This document shows positions 26,191 to 39,826 of a DNA stretch of 64,000 nt, in pieces. The position numbers and the translations under genes are program-made. The number at the start of each line of letters is the position of its first letter. Position 1 is the first letter of the stretch. Source of the stretch: Dimorphilus gyrociliatus. Taxonomy: Eukaryota > Animalia > Annelida. The DNA lies in NCBI GenBank assembly GCA_904063045.1, contig CAJFCJ010000005.1:2784165-2848164 (forward strand). The letters run 5' to 3'. A model generated the notes under the pieces. The model was not told the origin of the DNA. It saw only the letters and a program-made list of their open reading frames with translations, and did not search any database.

Positions 26191-29100
26191 TTAATTAAGA
26201 AAATAGGCGATTTCTTCTAAAAAGCATGCAGGAGCTATTCCAGATTTTCCTTTGCATTGAGCTTTAAAATATCCCGTTTCGTCCTCTTCTCCTGTTGTTA
26301 AAACTAAATCTCCAGTTTTTAAAACCAATTCTGACCCATGCGAATTGATCGGATTGTAATCATAAATAGCGATTCTCTGTGGGAGGTTGAGTTACGTATT
26401 TTAATTTAATGAATGCAAGACCAAAAAAAAATAATAATAAAAATTTGTCAAAGAAACTGTTCAATGCAACTTACAGGAACTATTAGATCACTTTCTTCTA
26501 AAATTGAACCAATAGTTTGAAAATCGGTCATATCGGCGGTATGGAAGGCCTCGAAATTGGACTCGAGAACAACAAACAATTCCTCTGAACGTTTTCCCCT
26601 CTCGGTCACTGTTCTAATGGAATATGATCTTGGTTTTTCTTTGACCTCATTCTCAACCAGGGCTTTCTCTATTCGTATATTCGGTATGAATCGGGTTTTA
26701 CCAGATGGTAGAGTTATCTAATTAGGAAAAGGTAATTCTTCAATCTAAGTGTTAATAGGACAGAATGTTTTTTACATACTTCATAGCCGGCTAACAGCAT
26801 ACCATTCGATCTGCCAAACTTATCTACTTTTGTTCTTTTCCAGCTTAGAATAATAGAATTTTTGAAGATTTTTTCTATTTTAAAATTTTTCGGCGGATAT
26901 GGACGCTTTTCCAGAGATATCTCTTCGTAAGGTCCATCTTTATTCTTCTCTTTCATTTTAAAAGCTGGATGAGAAGTTGACAGAGATTGTACCCTATATA
27001 TGTCTAAACCATCCTTAAATGCTGGATGAGATAACACGTTATTCTTAACGACTCTCGGAGGTTTAGGAGGTCCAGGAGTGAAAGAGGATAGGTGAGATTT
27101 AGGTGCAAGACCAACTTTAGTGCCACTTTTCACCTTATAGAAATTGCTCGATGGAAATTTTTCGAGTACGTGAACTATATCTCCCTCTTTCAAGTTTAGA
27201 CAATTTGACTTGTTATTTATACTCGGATTGTAATCTTTCGTAGCGATGAATAAGGGACCAATATTTTCGTAGATTGTATTCAAATCCGACGATAAAGTTG
27301 AATCCTCTTCACTCATAGCGCAAGCGCTATCGTCTCCTTTGTCGGCCACTTGATTTTCTTCTTCATCCCTTGCAATTAGTGGATCTTCTTCGCTCTCTAA
27401 TTTCTTTAATTCTTTTTCAACAAAAACCAATACGGCTGGGTCGGCTCCAATTTTTTGTAGGTAAATATACAATTTTCGAAGGACGACGTTCTTTTAATAA
27501 CAAGTTTAAATAGGAATGAAGGAATTTATTAATGAATGAAAAGAATAGGAAAGAAACATTCTCTGCTACTAGTTAAGCTTATTTATTCTATAAATAAACG
27601 CGTACCTTTTCCCTGAGTAATCCGTATAATCTGTTATTACGAGAATGATCTTGTTCCGGCCGAGGTTCCGAATTCCAGGTAGTTGTACCTACGTTACGCT
27701 TGCTCATATCATTTCCTTGTAACCTCTCCAAAAGTTCATTTTTTTCTTGCCTCTTTAAACGAAGAGAGTATATTGTTTTTGGTTTATTTATTTCTTTTTA
27801 ATTATGTTTCCCAACTTACGCAATATTCAAGCATCTGGCCTAGCTCCTTCATTTCTTTATGATATTGACTATCTTCTACGGGCTTTTCATGTGACATATC
27901 TAGAGACTTTAGGTGAGCAGAGTTTCGTCGACTAACTAACTGTTAAAGATTAGAGAAAAAAAAGAAAAAAAATTGTTTTTCCATTCTCTAAACATTTAAG
28001 AAGAAATAAAAATAATTGAAAAATTCCTTTCTCTCTTTTGCTAATTAACGTTTACAAATAACAACAGTAACAAACAACTACGTAGTTGTGATAGGCCTAA
28101 ACCTGAAAGCGCGAAGTAACATGGTCATGCCTGAAGTTTTAAAGTGTCATCATGCACTGTTTAGAGTCTATACCTTATCCGTATTCAATAGAGACTTGCC
28201 TAAGGACGTAGTTATATTAAGAATTGACAACATAATAATTGAATATCAAAGATCTTTGTCTAAAATTTGTGCATTCAATAAACTTTTATTTATATAACAT
28301 ACCTCATCATATCTCCGAATTTGAGATATGAGATCATCAATATGCTCGTCTCTTCTTGATAAACCATCTTCTAAATGTCTATTTTCAATTTCCAACTAAA
28401 TAATAAAAAAGCGTTTTTATTTTTTTAATAAAAATAATAATATTTAATGTTTTACCTGTTTAACTGCCCTTTGTAAATCAATTATCTTGTCATTAAATTC
28501 TCTTGAACTATTATTAAATGGACTGGAGATTCTATTGTCGTATTCGTCGTAATCAACTTCCGACTGTCTATTGTCAAATTGGTCTGTATGATTATATTCT
28601 AAGGGATTCTCTTCGTCCACTTGCATGGCGACTGTTACGCTCATTTCTAAGTTTTTTTTTTAAATATTCTGATTAGCTTGGGGCAACTAGGAATTTATTA
28701 ACATTATTTAGTCCTATTAATATACCGTTGGGTGACATTTTTGACTCTTCTTCCCCATCTCCTGACGTCATAGCATTGATGAGATTCGAAACTAGTAGAT
28801 TTTGTTTCTTCCTTGATAATTTATGAAAAGACTTTCTAGATTTTCCTTCTCTTAACTTTCCCTTTTATTGAATATAAATAATTGAATTATACGATAGGAA
28901 TGGAATGGTTGAAAATGATTTAAATCTTACAATAATTATTTGTTGAAATTCCTCTTCGTCAATCTCTGAAAAACTTTCAGATCGATATTCTAATGTTTTC
29001 CTATTTGTATCAACGTCATCAAATGGTAAAGCTTCCACTAAAGCTTTCAAATTTTTAGATTTTTCGTTATTTACGCTAGCTGTAACTTGTCCACCGAATG

Positions 29101-29719
29101 ACGGCTTTACGCCTTGAATTTGTTCGAAGTTTCCCTCGTAAATAGCTGTTAATTCGGTCGCTAGATGGCGTGTTGTCATTGTGGTTATTCCAGAGGAGTG
29201 GGCGTTTCTCAATACAGTTGCAAATTCTTTTACGGCAGTTGAATAGTTTTGGGCAATTTGAAGAAGCTGCATCTTCAATTCTGATAATAAATAGCTATCA
29301 TTAGTAATGTAAAAAGCGAAATTAGATGATTTATTCCAACCATCGGATAGGCAAGAAGCTTTAAACTCGTCAGTTTGACTTTCAACATTATTCGCCGCCT
29401 TTTTCTCCTCTTCTCTTCTCTAACCAAAAAAAAAAAGTTAATTAATTAATTAATTAATCAATAAACTATAATTCTTATTTTTTTAAAACTTTTGGGCCTA
29501 TAATACCGTATAGACACAATCATAAAATTTAACGAAGAACTGATGCGTATAAACCGTGTTTCCTCCCATTGCCAATTGAATACTGAGTATAGTTTAAACG
29601 AATACAAATTAATTATGCGCATTTAAATGAATTTTGTTTACGGCATCGTTCACCATTAAAATACGATTTTTTGTGTAAACGGTGTTTGCTTCTTTAAACC
29701 ACTTATAAATACATATATA

Positions 29720-29756
<37 letters not shown>

Positions 29757-32700
29757 TCTGTATATACTGTATATATATATAATATACTTATGCATTAAAA
29801 TATGTAATAGTCGATTAAAAGAGCAGATGGTATGTTATTTTTTTTAAATAAACATATATGAACAATATATATACTGTATATATATATATAAAGATGAATA
29901 TTCATAATTTTAATCCATAAATGTATAACACAGCGGATAAAATCAATTCTATAATAACCATGTAGTGTGTAGTATATCGTTCAATTAATTAAACTATTAG
30001 TATTTTCTAGTAATTGATGAACATGTACAGTAGAAAGTATATAAAGATTAAAAAAAAAGAGTGAGAGAGAGAGAGAGTATAATAGATAGAGAGAAAGTAT
30101 TTAAAAAAAATGGGATATTAATTTATGATTTTTAAGAAATAAAGGTCGAAAAAATATAATGAAATACAACAGCTGCAACCTTTAAAACCAATAAAAAAAA
30201 CTGTTATAAAACTAATAAAAATAGTTTTTTATAGGTTATTTTACTTTTTAAATTTGAGCTTAAGCTGGATAAAAATTAGTTGTCTAAATAAACTTATTAT
30301 ATATACCTTATACATATCTGTATAGAAGTCACCCATCCTTTCTAAATTATCAAAGAATTGATTGTGTTGTGGTGGTAATAGCTGTTTAATGAAATTACAA
30401 TTATGATTATAATATATACTGCATATATATAGTATATATAAATACATTTTCGGCTCTTATATTTTCTAGTTGTCTCTTCATTAATCCTATTCTTCTTTCC
30501 ATCATTTCGTACATTTCTTCGTGACTTTCTAACAATTCTTCGTTGCTTTTTAATCTATCGTATTCAGGTTTCGGTAATTGAACAATATTCTTTCCAGGCT
30601 TCAAATACGAATGTAATCGTTCCGTTAATGTTTTAACTTCGACTTTTAAATCGTCATTTTCGTTAGTTAATTTATCAATTTTCAACTCTGAATTTATATT
30701 TTCCAACGTTGTTGTTGAAGGCCTAGATGAATTCTATTTAAAAGAATAAGATATAAGTAATAAATTAATATTTTTAACTACTTAACCTCCTTTTGTTTCA
30801 AGTCTCTTATAACTTGTCTTAATTTAGTATTCTCTAATATTAAATCCTTTTCTTTATCAATTAAACCTTTCGAATCAACTCTATCCAAATTTGTTTGAGA
30901 TTGCTTTAATTTATGATCTAAACGCGAATTTCGTACTTTTAAAATTTCTGATTCTTTAACTAATCCTTGAATTTTTGAATGGGCATTGCGTACTTCATCT
31001 GTTAGAAATTCATTATGTTTCTGTAACAATTCAACTTCCGATACGAGTTCGTCGTGTAAATCGTTAAAATATTTTTTTGTCGATCCATTATTAGCTTCTT
31101 GAAACGGTATTGGCGTCGATGTTTGTGGTAGTATAGGTGAAGTACTCTTCTCCGGATGCAAACTACCTCTTATTATTTCATTATCATCAGTTTTTCCATT
31201 ATTTAACTGATTATTTATATTTGCTTTTGACTCTGTCTTTGCCTGCTTTAAGTTATTGATTTCGTCTTTTGCATCGTTCAATTCTTTCTTCAATTCTTCC
31301 CTTTGCTCCATAAGATGATCGCATAGCGAACAGGATGTAGTAGTCTTACCTTCGAAATCATTCATTTTACGTTCGTAATTACGTAGCTTATCCCTGAGAA
31401 TATCTAAAAGTTCTTCGTCCCTCCCTTTTTTTGCAACTAATTCACTCTTCTCTCTTTCTAATTTCTCCACTTCGTTATTGAGGAATTCGACAAACTCGTG
31501 AAGATCGGTTGCTTGATTTGATGAATTGTCGAGAAATTCAGTTCTAAATAGATTTATTTAGATAATTGAAATATGAAGCTATACGTTTTTTTTTTGTTTT
31601 TTTTTTGTTTTTTTTTTTCTGTCTCTAAAAACTAAACTAAAAAACCACAAAACATATACACGTGTTAATATTGTATAATTCCAAAAACTGGTTAAGTATA
31701 TAACGTAAGACATCGAGTTCAAAAAAAAGAATAAAAAAGATATTTTGCAGTTTTTTTAAAAAAAAAAAAAAACAAAAAATTAAAGTTTACCTAAAAAAGA
31801 AAAGATAATTTCAATGCAAAAAATAAAAACAAAAGTAGTTTTTTTGCATTCAAAACGAAAGAAAATTGACAAACTATTCGCGAAAAATAAATTAAACTAA
31901 TAAAATAGAAGAAGGAAAATAATATACTAATTTTAAAAAGAAGAACAAGAGTTTCTTTCTAAAGTTTTCTATCTCAAAACATGCTTAGCTAACCTTTCTC
32001 TTTCCTTCAGTACTTTTTGGTAATCCTCTTCCAATTGAGCCAACTGCAACGTATATATATATTTTTACGGTAGAGAGATAAATATAATAAATATTAGAGA
32101 ATTGTTTGCAACACTTACGTGTTTATAGAAGGCGTCATCGTCAAATTTACCCTGTGGATCTGCTTTGTTCGTTTGTTTTAAAGCTAAAGTTGCTTCGTAA
32201 ATGATTTTTCTAAATGCGTCTAATTGTTTTCTTAAAGCTTCGCATTCATTTCTAACTAATCTACCATTTTCTGGTAATCTTCTTAATTTTCTCTCACTTT
32301 CTAGCATGGCATCGATACTTTTCTTTAATTGATGCCTTAACGTATCATTTTCGGCGTCTAAACGCCTTACTTTATCACTTAATCGCTCATTGTCATAAGT
32401 ACTGTTCAATGGATGATCCAAGTAGTTTGGTCGGTAAGAATCAGAAGAATAATTGGGATTGCCTTGTTCGCTCCTAGATGATTGATATCTCGACGGTCTT
32501 ATGATACTGTCTGTTACGTCGTCTCTAATAAGAGGACTGCGTCTGCTATCGTTCAATTTATCCGCGCTTTGGTCTTGAATTTTGTCAATAAACGAATTCT
32601 TCTCTTTCATATCTTGTCTATATTTATCCAATAGCTTATTATATTCTTCTTCCGCCCTATCTATTCTCTTTGCTTTATCTGCTTGATTAGCTTCTAAATC

Positions 32701-34310
32701 TTTAACGTTTCTTTCTAATAGAACTATAGTGTTTTTAGCATCTTTCTCCCTATCGCTTGATCGTTCAACAAGATTTTTATAATAGATTATCTCATCTTCA
32801 AATTCTTGCAGTTTCCTCCTCTTTTCATCCAAATCTTTTAGAGCAACTCGATATTTCGCTTCGTAATCTTTTCCCTTTTCGACAGATAATTGACTCTGTA
32901 ATTCATCGTTTGTCTTTGCTAATCTTTCTAAATTTCTTATCAATTCATTCATTTCATCACTCTTTCTATCGCAAATATGATTCATACTATTTAAATCTCC
33001 TTCCAATTCTTTAATCAATTCTTTTAATCTCCTTTTTTCATCGTCTTCGTTCTCTAATTGCCTAAAATATTTTTCAAGACTTGCCATCATATCGGCTCTT
33101 TCTTTCTCTAATAGTTCCACCTTAAATATTAGTTGATCGACGAAATGACTATCTTTGTTTGCCAGAACACCTAATTGTTTTTGCAATTCTCGATTTTCCT
33201 CCTGACACAAACGTATTTGGGATAATAAAGCTTGTTCTCTCCGCATAAAATCCTCCAAGCGCTGATGCATAGTTTGCGATTGTGTGGATTCTGCCCTAGA
33301 CGGTGGATCGTTATTTAATTCCTCTGGAATCGTATCTAGGGCAGAAGATTTACACATCTGTGGTATCTCACCAACCGATTCGTCACTACTCTCCATATCA
33401 GATTCCTTCGATCCAACTTCCTCCTCCATATTCAACGGATAACAAAGAGGCTCCTGATCAACAGAATATTCGGTAAAATTGCTTAGATCTAAATGAAACG
33501 GTTCGCATAGCGCTAACGTGTCGTCAGAATCAGAATGTTGAACAGATGTACGGTCAGCATCAATAGAAGCGTTCGATATATTTTCGTCGAGCATGCGTTC
33601 TATTTGGCGCAAATTTTCAATTGTTTTCGTTAAAACTAGTTGATTTGTTCTCAAATTTTCGACGTATCTCTGTGTTTTTTGTGATTGTTTTTTTGTTTTA
33701 AATGATAAAAACATTAAAATATAAATATAAAGTTTTTTTTTCTAGCTTAAACAAAAAAGAGAGCAAAAGTAAAATAATTTTTTAATTAAATAGGCCTACT
33801 TCAACATCGTTCCAATAGCTCCTGCCGTAGTACGAAACTGTGGCGACATCTGTTAAGTGATTATGTTCTTCGGTACTTCGTTCCTGAAATTTTGATAACT
33901 TCTTACTATTATTAATTATTGATTATAGAAGGGATTTCGATTAACTAGCTATGTAAATGTTAATATAGTTTTTCACTTGTTACCGTAAAATAGTCTTCGG
34001 TTATATTAAATACATCAAAAACTTGATAATCATCGTTTATAGTATTGGAAAGTTGCTTATCCTTTAGCGATAATTCGTCTAATTTCCTCTCAAGACATTC
34101 AATAATTTTTCTTTGAGCTAATTGTCGTTCTTTTAAGAACACATTCGAACGAGCCAATCTGAGTCGTTCATTCGATAGATGAATGTAGTTGCCTTGACGA
34201 CTGTTTTTTTTAAGATTTATTATTATTCTAGATATAGACTATCTTAATCAGAAAATCTGAAGATATCCTATAGTAAGTTTTAATATAAATACTTACGCAA
34301 AGTTTGCCAT
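26191..34310 (-). CDS. RIMS-binding-protein (RIMBP)-like scaffold: very long coiled coil, SH3, FN3, SH3; many exons
   Basis: Start MANFA|RQGNY (34310). Coiled-coil exons 33960-34200, 32065-33714, 30778-31545, 30407-30730, a 75-nt exon LLPPQH...MYK and 28865-29420 join in phase where checked. SH3 LFIATKDYNP...LNLKEGDIV, FN3 PYPPKNFKIEKIFKNSIILSW, terminal SH3 IAIYDYNP...GDLV..TGEEDETGYF...GIAPACFLEEI. Confidence 0.7.
29710..29890. repeat. Intronic (TA)n microsatellites with TACTGTA interruptions
   Basis: TA runs with TACTGTA at 29765-29771 and 29872-29878. Confidence 0.85.
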
Positions 34311-35689
34311 ATCATTCAGATAGCGTTAATTGAGATTAGGATGCTAATGATAGAATATAAACAATCCATTCTTAAAATAGGTATTAAAAAAGGGTTAACC
34401 GAATGAAATTGCGGTACGAACTGAGGTAATCATCAAAAAAAAAAACAAAAATAAGGAAACATCAATAACTTAAATTGATTTTCATCAATAATAAAACGGA
34501 AAAAGTTCGATTTTATAGTAGTTTTCAATCGAAAATTAAAGGAAGTTGTAACGGTACGTAGGTATAGACTCATAATTAAAATTGACAGAGTATAATTCAT
34601 TGTTTTTATTTCTATTTGACACTCAAAACAAATATAATTATGTTAATATTGTGCAATGATATATTGTTAGTAATTAGCTTGTCCTTTTTCCTTCTCTACC
34701 TCCGAGGTCGTAACTACTACTACCGCCACCACCACCAACACCGCCGCCGCCGTCGTCGTCGCTTTAACAGCAGTGGCAGCTGCTACTATTGCCACTGCTG
34801 TTATCACAAATCTCCGTTATTATGCTGTTATCCATCTTTCTTTAGCTATCTAAAGAATAATTGAATTAGTAGGCATCTTTTTAAAACCGAAGTTTTTGAC
34901 AATTATTTTTTTATGTTTGTTTGTTTGTAAAAAAGAAAATAATAATAATAATAATAAAAAACCTATACAAAAACGTAACAAAATTAATCTACTCAATATC
35001 TAATTGGCTATTAAAGAGGCCTTCGCTTGACTCCATCTTGAGTATATCGAAGTTCGCTCATTTTATGAGTAGCGTTTACGACGGAAGGTACGCATATTTC
35101 GCTTTTTCTTAATTAGTACTATTCAATTAGCAGTTTATCAATTTACGTGTAATGAAATTGTTATTGTTTATTAAGTTTTATTCTTTCGATTAAGTTTATA
35201 TACAACTTCCCACGTATCTTTTTCAACTTTTTCCCAGTTGTTTTCCCGTCAGCCATTTTCTAGTGGTAAGTAAAATCTTTGAAAATTTATAAAAAATATT
35301 TACAAATCGTTTTTCATTCTTATGTGCTCGTCTATACTGTAGTGATGTGAAAAACAATCTTTTATTTCAATAAGTGTTATTATTTTGTAAAAAAATTGTA
35401 AAGACAGATTATTTTTAGTTTATATATATCTATTTTTCATTGTATTAAATGCGGTAACCGGAAGCTAGGGAAACGTGTTGTTTTCGTATGCATGTAAAAA
35501 ATAATAAAGACCTAGTTTTGAGATAAAAATACAATTTTTTATTGTTTATCATTAAGAAAAAATAAGTTATTGCTATTTTATTAGTTTGTACGACAGATAT
35601 TTAAGAGCAGACGAAGAAACTCCTTCTCAAAATTGGGTATTTTATATTACGCAACCTTACCAAGCGAATGTTATTATTAAAACTTAACT

Positions 35690-38600
35690 ATGGCTGTATG
35701 TTTTCCAAAGTCGGATGAAACAGAAATGTATACATTATCACCTCAGAGGTGTGTTGGCGTATTTTGGGATATAGAAAATATTCTTGTCCCCAAAGAAAAA
35801 ACTGCTTTCGATATCGTTCAGGCTATCAGATCAAGATTCTATCCGGAAAATACGATAGAATGCGAATTTATATGTGTGTGTGATGTAAGTACTTATTATA
35901 TATTTTTATAACAATTAATATTTTACTCCATCTAAGTTAAATCAAAAGTCACAATTATTAATAATTATTTTTATTGCATAAGGTTACAAAACAAAGATCA
36001 GCAATTTTACAAAGCCTAGTCGACGCACAAGTTACAGTTGCCCATGTTCCAGCAACTTGTAAGAATGCTGCAGACATTAAATTAGCTCAAAGTATTAGAA
36101 GATTTATTACGACTTACCAATCACTTGCTACGATTATACTCTTATCTTCCGATATAAACTTTTTACCCGATATATCTGATGCAAGATATCGCCATAATTG
36201 TCACGTTATACTAATCCATAACACTAATGTATCGGGTGCCATGTTGGCCTCAGCTCATCATCATATCAATATTCGATCCCTTTTAGAGCAAACTGCTCCT
36301 CTTCTTCAAATTGAGGATCGTGAACGTCAAAATTCAAACAATTGCACAAAAGTGCTAGTGAACAATCTACCAGATGTTCAACCATCGTTTCGTGTAGCTT
36401 CGAGATTAAGGAAACTCAGTGAGAACTGTGGTGGAAAAGTACTAAATATTGCTGGACCTACGGCTATTATGAGATTTTCTTGCAACACTGATGCTCAAAG
36501 AGCAAAACAAAGAATGGACGGTCAAGATGTCTTTGGACAAAAGATTAAGTTAGATTTTCTGTACTCAGATAATCGTAGGCATAGAAAAACTAGAATTGAA
36601 AATTCTAGTACAGATAGTGAAGGAAATTCCTTACAAATTCGCTCAAAGCGACAGGTATAACAAAATATATTTCTTTATTGAAGGTTTCTCTATCAATCTC
36701 TCTATTTTAGGCTTTATCGGCTCCTTTAAAGCCAAGAAACACAGTTACTGCAAGATGTCCGCCTGAAAACAAAACGAGTGATCCTAAAACTTCCGAATCC
36801 AGAAAATATAGTTAGTATAACAGGCCGCTTTCTTATTTAAGATGCTCTTGTTAAATTTGATACAACTCCAAATAGGTTATAGCGAACATAGACGCAGTCA
36901 TGAATTGTCAAATGGACACAGTGTTGTACAAACAAAGAGATACATGGCATCATATCAAGAAAGTTTTTCAAACCAGACAGTAGATGGCGAGTTGGAGGAC
37001 AAGTATTCAAAAGCAGGAAAATTATTTGACGACAGATTGCGGTTAAAAGAGTATATTGTTCATACTTTAGAACAGAGCAATCAATTCACTTTAAGATTGC
37101 AAGTTCTTCAGAGAATTCTCCTTGAAGAGTTTAGCTGCAACTTTGATTTGCTGCAGTTATTTTACTTTAGTGATATTATTTATTTTTGGAAAGATAACAG
37201 TGAAGTCTATGTGACTTTAAATAAAGATAACGAAAAAAAACCAACAGTCGATTCTCGATCATGTGGGAAAGATGTAGATCCTAATTATGCACTACCGCAC
37301 GTTAACTTATCGCTAAGAATATTAACACCAAGAATACACACTTTGATTGCTGATCACGGTGGATCCCTACCTTTAGATATATTTCCAACAGAATACGAAA
37401 AACACTTTGAAAGTATGGCTTCTTTACTAGATGAAGATGGAGTGTCTTTTGAACATCTCATTTCTTGCGTGCCAGGAGTGAGAATTTCCAAAATCAATAA
37501 AAGAAAAGTAGTTGTGGCGAGGAAAGATGGTGGTGATGATGATAATGAAGGTAAAATAAAACAGATAAACGACGATAAGTTAATTCTATTGGGATCGGAG
37601 ATTACTTTAATGTTGAGTCAAAATCGTGGCTGCATGATATCTCTTGAATCTTTTTTAGATCACTATTTATGCCGCTATAACAAGCTCTGTAACCCTAAGG
37701 ATTACGGATGTTGTAATTTAGATGATCTACTCAATAAACTCAAACAAATTGTTCAGGTGTTAGGAAGTGGATTAAATCGTCTGCTAACTCTTTCTCACAA
37801 TGTTCAAGTCTGTAGATTTGTTAAAGTTCTTGTCGATCTAGTCAAGTCAGAAAATCGTACTCGTTTTGATATTCCCGATATTTTGGCTCTGTATAGAACT
37901 CGATATAACAAAGAATTTGATCCACGGAACTATGGCTTATGTTGTATAGAAGACTTACTCTCAAGCATACACGATCCACATATCAAAATTGAAAGAGAGA
38001 ATGGTAAAACTATCATATCTTACTACAATGAGAATACCGATATAAAGAACTTGCAACATAAATTGGTTCGCTATATAATGATACATCACGGCTGCGTCTC
38101 TTTAAGCGAATGTAGTAAAAGGTTCCCCGATTGCAAAAATCTGACGATAGCGGCTGAGAAATTTGATAAAACAATAATACAAATGTGTGTAACAAAGAAG
38201 AATGTCAAGATACTTGTTTTGGGAACAGAATTTATTCGAAATTGGTTCTGCGAAAGACTTTTCCTTTATCTGCAAGGAAAGAAAGTCCTAGAACTGAAGG
38301 ATTTCAAATTATGTACACTTGGCATTGATCAAAGAATCACATTTGAACATCTTGGTGTGACAAACTTAAACGAACTCTTTTCATTATTTCCTGAAATTTG
38401 CAAGATAGAAGAAAGTATTGCCAATGCTACAGTTAGAATGAATACAGCAGAGGAGAATTCTAAATATATTTCAAGACTTTTGCCATTAGTTATGGACAAA
38501 ACAGTTGATGGAGGTTTGGACCTAGATTTGATGCAAAAATATTATCAGAATCGTTATTCGTGTGGTTACTTAAGTCAAAGTGTTATTGAACATATACTCA

Positions 38601-38959
38601 AAGATATGATTGTTATCTACGATTACGAAGATCTAGAGCAGTCTCTTGTATATCTTACTCCACTGTATAGTTTTGCCAGAGATGCCAGACAAATTTTGGT
38701 AAAAACTCATTCTTGGATTACAACTGAGGATTTTAAAACGTATTATCAAGATAAATTCAAGCAAAAGTTGGAGACAAGAATTTATGGAAAGAAAGATATT
38801 GTATCATTATTCTATTCGATTTCGGAGGTCATCGAAATCATTGAACATCCTGAAAAGGCGGATGTGTTGGTAAAACTTAAGAGGGATTTTCGACCAATGA
38901 TGAGACTATCAACAAAAAATAGAAATCGTTTAGCTGCCGATTTTGGCCAATTGTTTTGA
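35690..38959 (+). CDS. MARF1: Meiosis regulator and mRNA stability factor 1 (NYN RNase, RRM, LOTUS/OST-HTH array), 4 exons
   Basis: NYN motifs GVFWDIEN, KNAADIKL and LLSSDINF; RRM VLVNNLP...LRKLSENCGGKV...AIMRF; LOTUS repeats such as YNKLCNPKDYGCCNLDDLL and YNKEFDPRNYGLCCIEDLL. Confidence 0.92.
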
Positions 38960-38998
38960 TTATTTTCTCGTTAACAGAAACTTTTTGTTATGTATTTT

Positions 38999-39591
38999 TT
39001 ATCTTGTTAAGTTTTCATAAAGAAATAATAAGAATAAAAGATAATTAGATTGAATACGTAAACTAGGTGCAAAATTTCCAGTGTTACATAAATTCGTTGA
39101 ACAACAAGAGTTACACGTAACCTTTGTTAAACCGTAGCCATTAATACGACAACCCCAAGGACACTTTTCAACGCAACCACGGAAGAATTGATTTAAAACA
39201 CCATTTATTTCCACACGTTCAACCTGCATATGAAATGAAAACAGAATTGTGTTGTTTTCCACGAGTAAACATAATTATTCATACTTTACAGTATCTTTCT
39301 TTCACTGTACATTGCCTCTTTCCAATATGGGTCATATTTCGAAGACATAAGGTTTTCTGAGTGTTTAACAACGACCCGTGTTCCTTATATAATTCGTAAC
39401 ATTCATAACACCATAATCCTTTACCAGTGACGTTTGTACTATTAGAAGCTATTCGTAATTGAAGTAATCTTTAATGATGTAAAAAAATGTATAACTATTT
39501 AATCTTTATAATTACCGAACGAAGTTGATATTGTAAGAATGAAAATGGTTAGAAGCTGACTGTATCGGCTTATCAGTGTCAACGGCTCCAT
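38999..39591 (-). CDS. Ly6/uPAR (three-finger) GPI-anchored-type protein, copy A, 3 exons (39591-39516, 39448-39285, 39223-38999)
   Basis: Signal peptide MEPLTLISRYSQLLTIFILTISTSF, then LWCYEC...CCSTNLCN with 12 Cys, and a hydrophobic C-terminal tail. Confidence 0.8.
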
Positions 39592-39826
39592 AATAATGCA
39601 ACTAAGAGAGACGCCAATAATGACGTCGCTCAGTTTTTTTTATTGTTTACTTACGAAACGCGCTACGCTCAATCGAACGATAATATTAACTTGCCGGCTT
39701 TTCAATTAAAGTAAAAAAGATTATTTCCCATCTAGTGAGTAGATTTTTAGCCAAATTTTAATTGAATAAGGATTAATCATTTAATTACAAATAAAGAATA
39801 TGCTCAAAAATAATAAAAGTGTTATG

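Noticed and set aside
34616-34864. 82-aa plus-strand ORF with His/Arg/Cys runs
   Set aside because: A product of trinucleotide repeats with a non-ATG start; better explained as leader or repeat DNA.
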